Part shown: one piece after another, positions 48,611 through 60,330 of the stretch
Layout: every line of letters starts with the position of its first letter
Numbering within the stretch: the first letter of the stretch is position 1
DNA from: Geosiphon pyriformis uo1
Taxonomy: Eukaryota > Fungi > Glomeromycota
NCBI GenBank assembly: GCA_016748015.1
Contig: JAAOMT010000094.1
Location: 252,520 to 316,519 of the forward strand
Reading direction: 5' to 3'
DNA length: 64,000 nt
The notes under the pieces: generated by a model
The model's database searches: none
What the model saw: the letters and a program-made list of their open reading frames with translations, nothing else
What the model was told of the DNA's origin: nothing
Translations under genes and position numbers: made by a program

Positions 48611-51600
48611 GTGGCAGAATCAAAAAATATAAGAGCAAACCATTTAGGATTTGCAAAATCTTTATTTCAATACTATTGTCAATACTTGAGATTAAACCAC
48701 AATCATATATCCACCAAATCAGCCTTTAATTTCTATGTCAACAAAAAGATTTTCTCTTTGTTAGGAACACCAGTGAATACTGAATCAGCAAGGGAAACTT
48801 TCTACAGAGAATTAATTCAAAACACCAACTTACTAATAAATCATAATTTCACATTCATTATTACTGAGATCAACAAAGAAATTGAACATCACATCCAACA
48901 AAGATATCCAATTACATATGCTAATAAAGACAAAGGAAAACTACAAACACCAGCAGTAACTCCTAGAAAGATACAACTACCTACTTGGAAGAAGACAAGA
49001 GTTGAATCACCAACCAATCTATTTTATTACTATACACTCAGAAGCACCATCAACATTTTATTAACAAGCATGTCCACATCAAATGCAACTTCAGTATTTG
49101 GATGATTCTCATTCTAAAGTAAACAAAAGAAAACAGAATTATTAGGACCATATGGCAAATACTTTGAAGGATTTAAATTACAATCACCAATGCCATCAGG
49201 AATTCGATCACCGCCGCCTCAATCAGACTTTGGAACCACTACCCCATGAGAACTATCTGAAGAAGAAGAGGAAAAAGAGTTGGAAGATCAAGAATTTACT
49301 TACCAGAACCCGATCACTGAAAACTCGGAAGTCAAAACACCAAATTTTCAAACCCAGCAAAATTTAAAGTTAGAAAACCCAGAAATCAAAACTCCGAATA
49401 TTTAACCACCACCAAATCAGAACAATCAGAACCCCAATCTAATTAATCAACCAGACTTACCTCCTGTTATCGTCATTAACCCACCACTAGTTGAACCGAT
49501 TAGCCAGCCACCACAACAACCACACCAGCAGATTTAACAGCCACTAGTATCACTTCAACAACCACCGCAACCCAACTTAGATTCAATGGCATACACACCA
49601 ATAGCCAAACTCGAGAAATTCACTGGCAAAGAGGACAATGCTTAAGCCTGGATCAATGATGTCACCAAAGCAATTACCACCAATAACTGGGATGATGCCA
49701 GAACCATACAAGTCATCCCCTATTTTTTTAAAAACATGGCAGACTCTTGGTATCACAGTCTAGCCCAGAAATCTCAAAACTTTAATGCCTTTAAGTTAGA
49801 ATTTTTGAGGTATTTTAGTAATAACAACAGCATCAACCGCTTGGCAAGTACTTTCACCACCATCAAACAAGGAGACACAGAAGCAGTCATCACTTACTTG
49901 AGATGCTTCCATAGAAATCTGCACCAAATTCAGGCAATCCAAGCTGAATACTTTACAGTACCACAGATCTTGAACCAATTTATCTGAGGATTGTGCAGTA
50001 GTATCCTCCAGCAAGTACGTTCAATACATCCAGTTGATCTCCCAACTGCCGTGACTCATGCCAGAGATTTTGAAACTGCTTAGTTAGAAGCTAACCATGC
50101 CCAAGCTGTGAATTTAGTAATAAATAGATCATCTGACCTGGATTCCAAGCTAAAACAATTTAGTGACAACATCAATTAGAAACTAAAGGGCTACTTAGCT
50201 AACAATCATGCAATTTATCAGCCATCCCAATGACATAATGATTTAAGAAACATGAATCGTTTCCAGAATCAATCACATCCAGGATCATCCACTAATTAGT
50301 CACGACAGCCAGAAATGTGTGTCTGCTACAACTGTGATAAACAAGGGCATATTAGGACAAACTGCCATACTTATAGCAACTCACGATCAGAAAATCATTA
50401 TTGAAACCCTGATTGCCAGTTTTAGACTCCGAATTACCAATCCAATCAAAAGCAATATCAAAATGCTTACCTGCCTATAATGCAGCAACCAATTTATTAG
50501 TCAACAATATATCAACCACCAATTTATCAGCTGCAGCCATCAACAATTTATTAATTGCAGCCACAAGTTATTTATTAGCCACAGCCTCAAGTAATTTATC
50601 AACTCCAACAAGTTCAAATGCCGCACCAAAACTCAGTTACAATAACATCAGAAAATCCAAGATCCAGAATTACCCAAAACTGGAGATCAGCAATAGTTGT
50701 TAATCAACTGATCCCCAGTTCATTAGGCCAACAATCAGAATCTCGTCAGCAGGATTTGGGTATCAGTTCCATCCAAAACCCAAATTCCCAGAACTATTTA
50801 AGTCTCTTGGTTATCCCAGAAGATGTTACCTCTAACAATCCAGAACTCAATCAACAACCAACAATACTTACCAACAACATCCCACCAGTAATCATCACCA
50901 ATGACAAGTCTTTAACAGCCATCTTTCCATTTGAACTCGAGGAAGTTATGTCAGTTCTCTTATTTAGTAAAGCAGCTCTAGAAGAAAAACCCATTACTGT
51001 TATGTACACTAATGCGAAAGTTGATGGCCATTCCATCAAGTTAATTCTTGACAGTGATTCAGCAGACAGCATCATCACACAACAACTCATGGATCAATTA
51101 GGTCACTGAGTTGATCAAGCTGTCAGCACTAGAATCATCACTGCCGATGGCACCACAAAAACGCCTATTGGTGAAATTGATGACTTCCCAATTAAAGTTA
51201 ATGGTATCATTACTTCTATCAAAGTCTTGGTGATGGAAGTGACCCAATACCAAGCACTAATGGGCAATGATTAGTTGTCTAAAAACAATGCTATCCTTGA
51301 TTGGACCACACAGGAGCTCCAGCTCAGCCAAAATAGCCAACACACGCGAGTATTGGCAACATGTGGCCATTTCAAACCTAACAATGTCATGACATCAGCA
51401 CTGCTTATTGATCTCGGGAAAGAAAAACTAAAGCCTACTTAGGAGGTGTACCAAGTATCATGGGCCAATGTCAACCACAATGAACTGCCACCAATACTTG
51501 CCTGGGACAACAATAACAATAGAAAGGAGGAACAAGGAAAAAAACCTACCTGTGGAACCACTATCAACACTTGGACTGACAACAAAGACCACCATGACCT

Positions 51601-54600
51601 ACCACTAATACTATCATGGAATGACAACCCTAAAAGAAAGCAAAAAGAAGAACTTATCTGGAAAACGGACGACCTAACCTAGACCAACAACAATGAAAAA
51701 GAACCAACACCAAGCTGGGAATGGGAAGAAAACAACAAAGGGAAAGGAAAGGCGAAAGAAGAAAAGCCACTGCCAACAAACCCGTATACTTTCTATCAAT
51801 ACACAACACCACAACAATACATCTATTGCCAACTCAAACTAGTGTGCATCAATTGTGGCAAAAAATTGTTGTTAATGGGCATATGCTGTGATAATGATAA
51901 AGAATATCAGATGACAACCAAGCTCTATTGCCACGCATGTCTTATTGAATGTTTTGGAAGACCAAAACGAATGGGAAAATGGAATAATACACCATGTTTA
52001 GTCTGTAAAGAAACTCTTCTTGATGAAAGAATATGGAATGACATTCCTGAGAGAGGAGGAACGTGCAACATTTCCTGTCAATACACGATCCTCATTAGTG
52101 ACTAGATTGAAAAAGGGACACCAATAGAAGCCATTTGGAGAAGAACTGTACAGTGATTGGACAGTTGTCCACACGATGATGATGAATTATGGCGAATGAC
52201 AATTGCCAACATTAAAGGTGCATCACTAGAAGAAATCAGAACAATTAAAAACAACCCACTAGAACCTATTGAGCTTGACTGGGATGCAGAGCCAGTTATA
52301 AATTTTCTGGAACCAGAAGAGTTCCATAAACACTACCAAAACTTGGCACCCACTAGAAAAGAGCAAGAACAATGGCTAGCATAGTTGAATACCAGACTGT
52401 GTTGCCATTGTTTAATTCTCAGTGACTTTGAATATTGTGACAATTGTGACTTCATTTACAATCTACCACCACGTATGATCTACATGATCCCCAAAGATAA
52501 AGAACCAATCAGCAGCTGTGCATTGGAGTCAGAATTACTGTTCGATCCCAATTCAAACTCCAACAACAATGACGACGAGAATAACAATTCCAGCTCCATT
52601 CAAAATAGCAATGACAATAACAACAATATCAACACAGATTCAAACTCCAACTCAAACTATGAACAATATATCGTGCTTTCTGATCTTACCAAGGAACAAG
52701 AATTGAAATGGTTCAGTGATAATAATGAAGGTATTATGCCAGAATGTGCGCATGATACTGATGCCAGATTTGATTTGAGGTATCCAGGAAAAGATGCCAT
52801 CAAATTGGAACCACATTTATGCATCTGCATTGATCTGAAAATAGTGCTGGAAATCCCAACAACAACAATGGTTCAACTAACATCCCAGAGTAGTTTAGCA
52901 AAAAAGAGATTAAAATAAGAGGAGGAATAATTGATGCAGAATATGTAGGAAATATCATTGCCATGCTACAAAATAACTCAGAAAAGGCCTATATAATAGA
53001 GCCAAACAAAAAGATAGCACAGACAATATTCTTACCTTTGGTTAAGATAGCTCAGTTAGTACTAGTGGGAAACAGGGAAGAGTTAGGAATAACAGCAAAA
53101 GGGATACAGGGATTTGAGTCAACAGATAGAATAGATGTACCAGTTAATATGGCAGAGAAAAAAATTGTTGGCCAAGAAGAAATTATCTCAACCAGTCAAG
53201 CTATTTCCATTCCACCATATAGCCAGTACATGCTAGCAATAGAAAGGAAAAAAAAGGAACAAGAACAGATTTTTGAAGCTGAAGCAAATCTTTGTGAATC
53301 AGGAAAGATTAGACTAATCAATCTCCACATACCAGCCAAAAGCTATAGCTGCATAAAAATTCCTATCTATAACAATACTGGCAATGTCATCAACATACCA
53401 GAAGGAACTACTATCAGATATTTAACCACAGAAATAGAAGACCAACCACCAAACCCCATTCCAGACTTTCCACAACTTTGTGAATATGTTGACATCACAT
53501 CATAAACAATCTATGAATGAGATGAATGTTATTTGCTCCAATCAGAACAATTAGAACAAATGAACATGGGAAATCTAGACCCACTACAATGTATGCAGCT
53601 CAAAATGTTATTTAACAATTTTAATGACATCTTTGTCAGCGAAAATGAGTTTGGCCGAACTGATATTATCCAGCATCAGATCAAGACTGGAAATGCAATG
53701 CTAATCAAACAGCAAGCATACAGAGTACCACCAACCAGCCATGAAATCATTTGTCAAGAGATTAACTGAATGCTTGACAATGGATTACTTCAGCCATTAA
53801 TGAGCCTATGGTTGTCACCAGTAGTACTTGTCCATAAGAAGAATGGAAAAATCCGATTTTGTGTGAACTACAGGAAACTCAATGGTGTAACTCATAGAGA
53901 CAGCTATCCAATTCCACAGATACAAAAACTATTCGATGCTTTTGGTGGAAACAAATAGTTTTCAATGTTAGACTTAAATAATGGTTACTGACAAGTAGCC
54001 ATGGATCTAACTAACAAAGAAAAAACAGCATTCACCACAAGAAAGAAAAATTTTGAATTTGAAGTCATGTCATTTAGCTTGATGAATGCTTCAGCCACAT
54101 TTCAACAGCTAATAGAAATAGTATATACCAGCTTATTATGGAAATCAGTAGTAGTTTATCTGGACAACACCAATGTGTTTTCAAAAACCTTTGATGACCA
54201 TTTATATCATCTCCAACAAGTGTTCAAAAGACTAAGATGAGCAGGATTAAAATTGAATGCAACAAAATGTTTCTTTGGCAAAACAGAACTCAAGTTCTTG
54301 GAGCATATAGTGAGCAAAGATGGCATTAAGATGGATCCAGATAAGATAGAGATAATAAAGAAATTTCCAGTACCAACCAACATGACCAAGTTAAAATCAT
54401 TCTTGGGATTTGCAAGCTACTATTGCCACTTTATCAAAGATTTTTCTAAGATAGCACAGCCATTCAATCAGCTCCAAACCAAGAATGTAAAATATGAATG
54501 GACTAAAACCCAGCAAAAAGCTTTTGACATCTTAAAAAAAAGTTTATTTAAGCTCTGGTATTGATCTATCCAGATCATAGCAAATCATTCATTATTATCA

Positions 54601-56400
54601 CTGATGCATCAGGCCAAGCATTGGGAGCAGTATTATCTTAGAGAAGACCAGATAGAAAAGAACATCCAGTTACATATGTCAGCCGAGGTTTAATACCAGC
54701 CAAAAAGAACTATGGAACACCAGAATTAGAACATTTAGCAATTTATTGGGCAGTTATGAAATAAAAAAAATACTTAAGCCAAAAGTTTGAGATATACACA
54801 GACCACAAAGGATTGACATCACTTCAAAAACAAGAATTTGGAGACAGAAGACAGTCAAGATGGAAAATGACACTTTCGCCATATACTTATACCATATATT
54901 ATAAAAAAAGAAAAGACAATGGAAATGCCAATGGTTTGTCATGAATGAGACAAATCTAAGAACATTTTGACCCAAAAATATAATAAAACTAGAACAATAC
55001 CAACAAAAAATAGAACAAAAGATGAACACACAAAAATACCAACAACTTTAACATTATATAAATACTTAACAGTTTAAGGAAAAATTATCTCAACTGAAAC
55101 AAAAGAGGATCAAACAACAATCAAAATATTTTATCACTCATCAAAATAGACTTTATCGGAAGAACAGAAAAGATTCAGATCAATTAATCAAAGTAATTAC
55201 AGAACTGAAAAAAGAGACAATACTGTTTAACATGCACTCAGATCCAACTGCAGGACATTTTCATAAAGAAGCAACCATAGAAAGAACCAAAAAGAGATAC
55301 TATTGGCCATCAATGTATCCAAATATCATACAATATGTGCAAAATTGTAATACTTGTCAAAGAAAAGAAGGAACAAGACCTAGCAAACCATTAAGACCAA
55401 TTAAAGTGGGACAACCATTTGACTGCATTGGAATCGACTTAGTTGGATCATTGACAATTACCAGCAGAGACAACAGATATATTGCAGTAGCCATGGACTA
55501 TCTTACTAAATGGCCAGAAGCAAAAGCAATTCAAAAAGCGGATGCAGAATTCATTGCTGAATTTGTTCATTAAGAATTAATCTGCTGACATGGATGTCCA
55601 AAAGAATTATTGTTAGATCAAGGAACTCACTTTGTGAACAGAACACTAGTAGAACTAAGTCAAAGATTTGGAGTTAAGAGACTATTGTTATCACCATACC
55701 ATCCACAAACCAATGGACTAGTTGAAAGATTCAATAGAATACTGTGTGAAGCAGTTGCCAAGATCAGTCAAAAAAACCAAAATGAATGGGATTTGTTTAT
55801 ACCATCAATACTATTTACTTATCAGACAATGAAGCAAGACACTACACAAACAACACCATTTGAATTAGTATACAGTAGAACAGCAACACTACCAGTTGAG
55901 ATAGAAGTCAACACTTATCTAACAGAACCAATAATTGTAAACAATTTTCAGGAAATATTACTAAAAAAAACATCTGATTTGATGAAAACTCTAAAAAACA
56001 AGCAATGAAGAGCAGCTGATAACATTAAAAAGGCACAAGAGAAACAAAAAAAGAGGCACGATAACCAACTACTAGACAAACCAGTTGAATTCAAGATTGG
56101 AGACAAAGTACTTTTATATCATACTAAAGCGGAAAAACAATGGAATGGGAAATTTAACCCCAAATGGGACAGACCATTTCACATAGAAGAAATTCTAGGA
56201 AATAGAGCTTACAAATTAAGACTGGACAACAAAATTTTAGCCAAAGCAGCACATGGTAATCAACTGAAACCATATTACCAGATAGCATCAGCATTTACCA
56301 ATAACATTCCACAACTGAAAGTACAAAGAATACTAATCCAACCAGATAAGATTCTACAAGACCTAGAACCAATTATTATCATTAACAATAACACGTCCAA
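48611..56400 (+). pseudogene. gag-pol: Degenerate gag-pol of element D: Gag with CCHC, protease (~51000-51370), Cys-rich insert (~51830-52470), dUTPase (~52700-53130), RT, RNase H, integrase
   Basis: Motifs MAYTPIAKLEKFTG; CYNCDKQGHIRTNC; LILDSDSA; AHDTDARFDLRY..QSSLAKK..KIAQTIF..GIQGFEST; VVVYLDN; HSDPTAGH..CNTC; SPYHPQTNGLVERFNR. Confidence 0.93.
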
Positions 56401-56428
56401 TTGATCGACAAAAAGAATATATAAGAAC

Positions 56429-57087
56429 ATGGTTGATGTGACAGAAAAAATCAGAAAAATGGAAATTATGAACAATATTCATTCACTAGCCCAACAAATT
56501 TTTTAATTAATTCAACACCAGAAAATGAAAATTACAATCAATCAACAAACCATTCATTACAAAAATATGGCAAAGAGACCACAACACAAAGCACAGAAAA
56601 ACTTAAAAATGTTGTTGACAAGATCATGACCAAGATAAAATTGGCCATAAAAGAACAACAAATAGTCGGATTACACTAAGAACTTATCAAAGAAACTTGG
56701 ACTTGGTAGACACAACAATTTCTGAAAAACTATTGTTATTTTCACTTGGGACAACACATAAATATCCAGAATTTATACACTGACAAAACAAAATGGTTAT
56801 TTAACACAATAATACTGAGACAACTGGAACAATTTGTGGGAAAGAACAATCTAAACACACAAGCTTGAGCCATTTACCAGCTATATATGAGATTTCAAAA
56901 CCAACCAGAAATCTTACTTAACACAGCAATGGATACAGTTACGAGTAATCAATTAGGAAAAATAATCAATGCCCAATTTAAAGAACTACAAACTAAAATA
57001 ACACAAGTAATACTTGAAAAAAAAGTTCAAGAAATAATTCAAGAAGGGGAATTAAAGGAATTAAATTTTGATGAAACTCAATATTAA
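56429..57087 (+). pseudogene. Accessory ORF3 of element D
   Basis: Reads YCYFHLGQH...EQFVGKNNLNTQA*AIYQLYMRFQNQPEILLN..LGKIINAQFKEL..FDETQY*, ending at the PPT. Confidence 0.8.
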
Positions 57088-57100
57088 AAGGAGAGAATAA

Positions 57101-57963
57101 TGTTACTTATAGAATATAAGAAATATAGTATTATTAGTCAATAGATATTAGTCAATTAGATGTAGATGTAGTAAATATGAAATTCCAGGATTTCTCTTAG
57201 AGAAATTGCAGAATTCCAGGAATTTCAGAATTCTCCAACAAAAAATCGCAGAATTCCAGAATTCCAGGATTCCTCTTATCAGGAATCGCAAAATTCCAGG
57301 AATTCCAGGATTCCTGGCACAAAGAATAGAAGAATTGAGAAATCTCAATTATATATATATAGCAGTAGGATTAGAAGCTGAAAAGACAGATCTCTCAGTT
57401 TAGATTTAATCTAAGCAACTCTTCAAATCACAATCATCTAATAAATAACTATTTGTTATCTCAAAAACCATGTCTACTATTAACTATTTATGTTGATAGT
57501 AATTGATACTTAACCACATGAGAACAATAGCTCTTAATCACGGCTATTGATGGGATACTAAATTTGCAAATCACCTTGGCTTATTGCTTTATATTTCATT
57601 ATTTTCTTTATTTTCTTTGATTTTGTTATTGTGCACTAACCGATTGATTAAAAGCACTGATTACTAACGTCAAAAATTGCCTGGTAAAAAACTCCTGTGA
57701 GTGGATAGGACACATACAGAAAATACGGATTACTTACCAGAGGATTGCCGGCCACCAAGCTGAGAAAAAAATTGACAGACTTGCGAGTTTGGGAAGCTAT
57801 AAATAAAACAATTATTGAATCTCTGTTCATTATACAAAGGACTCATTTGGAAAACCTTCAGATACCAACTACTTAAAAATATTATCAACAACACAAGTAG
57901 CTTTTGAGCACCAAGTTACAAGTTTGTTATTTGACCTGAGACCCCAAATAATCAACTATAACA
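57101..57963 (+). repeat. 3' LTR of element D
   Basis: Direct repeat of 47686-48548. Confidence 0.95.
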
Positions 57964-58697
57964 CCAGAAATTGTTCATCATTACTTTGCTGTGAAAGTCA
58001 ATTCTTCTGCAGGAATCTTGTCTGTAGGCTACCCTAACAATTATAATAAGAAAAAAAAATAAAAATAAAAAAAATGTAAAAGAAATAGAATTTTGTTAAG
58101 AGAAACGTTTTCTATCCAGGCCTAGAATTACTAACAGTTTATTGAAATTGGTAGCTAATCAATTTCAAAACGTTAGTTGTGTTGAGGGAATTTCAAGTAT
58201 AATAATTTAAGGATTTGGTTTTCGAATATTTAATTTTTATTTGATTTTGTAAAAGATAATTTGTTTCAATTAAGATATCTAAAGTAAGATACTATAATAA
58301 GATATAGAAAGGATATATTTTCTTGAAGAGAGAAGCTCTTCTTTTATACAACTTGTTATAATACTAGTCTTTGAACTTGCACTTTTCTCTTTGCTCCAAT
58401 TTTGGTAAACTAAAGATACATTTTGGTGAACTACAAGTTATTTCTACAAATTATTAATTATTTCGGCCAATTTTCCATTAATTTCGGCGAATTTTGACTA
58501 TATTAAATAGTTTAGAGTATTGTGTAATTTGATCATTTTAATTTCTATAATACAAATTGGGTTATTGATTGAGTAATAATATTTGATAATTTGGTTAATT
58601 AATAAATGATAATCGAAATGATAATATATGCTACTTAATAATAATAATTATAAAAATAATTTCATGCTAATTAATAGCTAAGATTCCACTAGTAACA
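57964..58697 (-). repeat. 5' LTR of element B, U3/R part
   Basis: Homologous to 38850-39607; ends AGTAACA followed by TSD CTGT. Confidence 0.92.
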
Positions 58698-59467
58698 CTG
58701 TTAATTTTTTTCTCAGCTTAGTGGCTGGCAATTCTCTAGTAAGCAATTCATAATTTTTATGTATTTTACCCACTCACAGGGGTCTTTTACCAGGCAATCT
58801 TTGATATTAATAACTCAGTACTTAATCCTTAGAAGTTTAGTAAACCATCAACAAGATATAACAAAAATAAAAGAAGATAAATAAAGACAATTAAGCCAAG
58901 GCAATACAAGTTAGTATTCTGTCAATAGCTGTAATTAAGAGCTATTGTTCCTGTATAGTTTAAGTATCAATTCTTATCAACATTTAGAGTTGATAGTGAG
59001 CAGTTAAATTTGAGATGTTGAATAAATATATTTATTTGATATTTGGAATGATATGGTTTCTAATTAAAAAACAATAACTAATAAATTTCTGTCTGAAGAT
59101 TCTCCTTTTTTGTCTTTAATGTTATTGCTATATATACATATTTTCTAGTTTTACAGAATTGCTTTGGATTGTCTGTTTTTGCTAGTTATTGCTTTGTTTT
59201 CTTATATTATAACTAATTATCCTATGTTATAACATGTTATCTGATATTATTACACATTATTTTGTGTTATCCTGTATTATAACACGTTATTCTATGTTAT
59301 AACATGTTATTCTGTGTTATCCTGCATTATAATATGTTATTCTATATTATAATATATTATCCAATATTATTGTGTATTATTCTGTGTCCCTTCACATTTC
59401 ATCATGTTTTTTTTTCAGGTCATGTTTTTCATTCTTTTTTTGATAAGCTTTCTTTTTTCAAGTAATA
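58698..59467 (-). repeat. 3' LTR of element F, U3/R part (chimeric: A-type U3, D-type R/U5)
   Basis: 59140-59467 resembles the A U3 (10-bp array); 58702-59040 resembles the D/G LTR. Confidence 0.85.
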
Positions 59468-59482
59468 TTATTTCCTCCTTTT

Positions 59483-60330
59483 TTAATATTGAGCTTCTGC
59501 AAAATTAGTTATGTTTGTTAATAGAACTTTGTTCATGTAATGTTTGATGGTTATGTTAATTATGGCTTTTTGTAGATCTTTAAACTGTTAATTGATCATT
59601 CGTTCTATGTTGTTGACTGTTACTTTTTTCAAAAATTCATTCAATAGTACATTTGAACAATGTCAGAAAGTAACATATAATCAACATGCTACTTTGTAGT
59701 ATAGTGTCAGATTGCTTCTTCCTATGAATTCTTCTACTTGTTACATTGCTTCTTTGTTAAAGGTTTTCTGGTTGTAGTTTCTGTATGGGTTTTTTAAGTC
59801 TAGTTGTTTTTCAATTTTGTAAAACCAATATGTTAGAAGAAATCTTTTTTTCCATTCCTGGACATTTTCTGGTGTCTACTCCCCTGTTTTAGGAAGTTTG
59901 GTTTTATGAGCTAAAGATTCTTTAATTTTTTCTAGCTCGAAGGCCAAATATGTTGTATATAATTGTTTTTGTCTTCTATCTAATTTTTCTACTCCTTTTT
60001 CTTTCTCTTCTTCTTTTTCTCCACATTTTACCCAAGAAGTATATTTAATTTCTTTTTGTAAAATTTCTTTTTCAGGCAGAATGTAGGGATGAAAATGGTT
60101 AGTTCTAGTTGAACTTTTATCATCTTTCTCTTCTCTTTATCTCTATATCTTATTTTTTTTTATCAATTATAATCTCTATTTGAAATATAAATTTTTGAAT
60201 TTTATTAAATAATTGTTTAGATAATTTTAAAATTTTGTCTAAAAGATCTATGTTTAAAATTTCTATTGTTTTCTTCTTTGTGGTTTCAAGGCTTATATGT
60301 ATGTAATATCTAAATTTCAGCACATGTGTA
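59483..60330 (-). pseudogene. Accessory ORF3 of element F (A-type)
   Basis: Nucleotide-level similarity to 12076-12887. Confidence 0.8.

Larger units (their letters stand above)
47686..57963 (+). mobile_element. Element D: full-length degenerate Ty3/Gypsy with dUTPase and ORF3; TSD TCAG/CCAG; nested in the 5' LTR of B
   Basis: 863-bp LTRs 47686-48548 and 57101-57963; PBS 48551-48567; PPT 57087-57100; complete domain series. Confidence 0.96.
38639..58697 (-). mobile_element. Element B: full-length degenerate Ty3/Gypsy with dUTPase and ORF3; TSD CTGT; 5' LTR interrupted by element D
   Basis: 3' LTR 38639-39607; 5' LTR 47471-47685 + 57964-58697; TSD CTGT at 38635-38638 and 58698-58701; PBS TGGTGCTC at 47461-47468; PPT 39608-39620. 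Confidence 0.94.

Noticed and set aside
50413-50703. Overlapping ORF with TTNLSAA-like repeats
   Set aside because: Shadow frame of the Q/P/Y-rich Gag tail.
52540-52665. Asn/Asp/Ser-rich tract in D pol as a functional domain
   Set aside because: Low-complexity linker absent from A and B; probably a slippage expansion.
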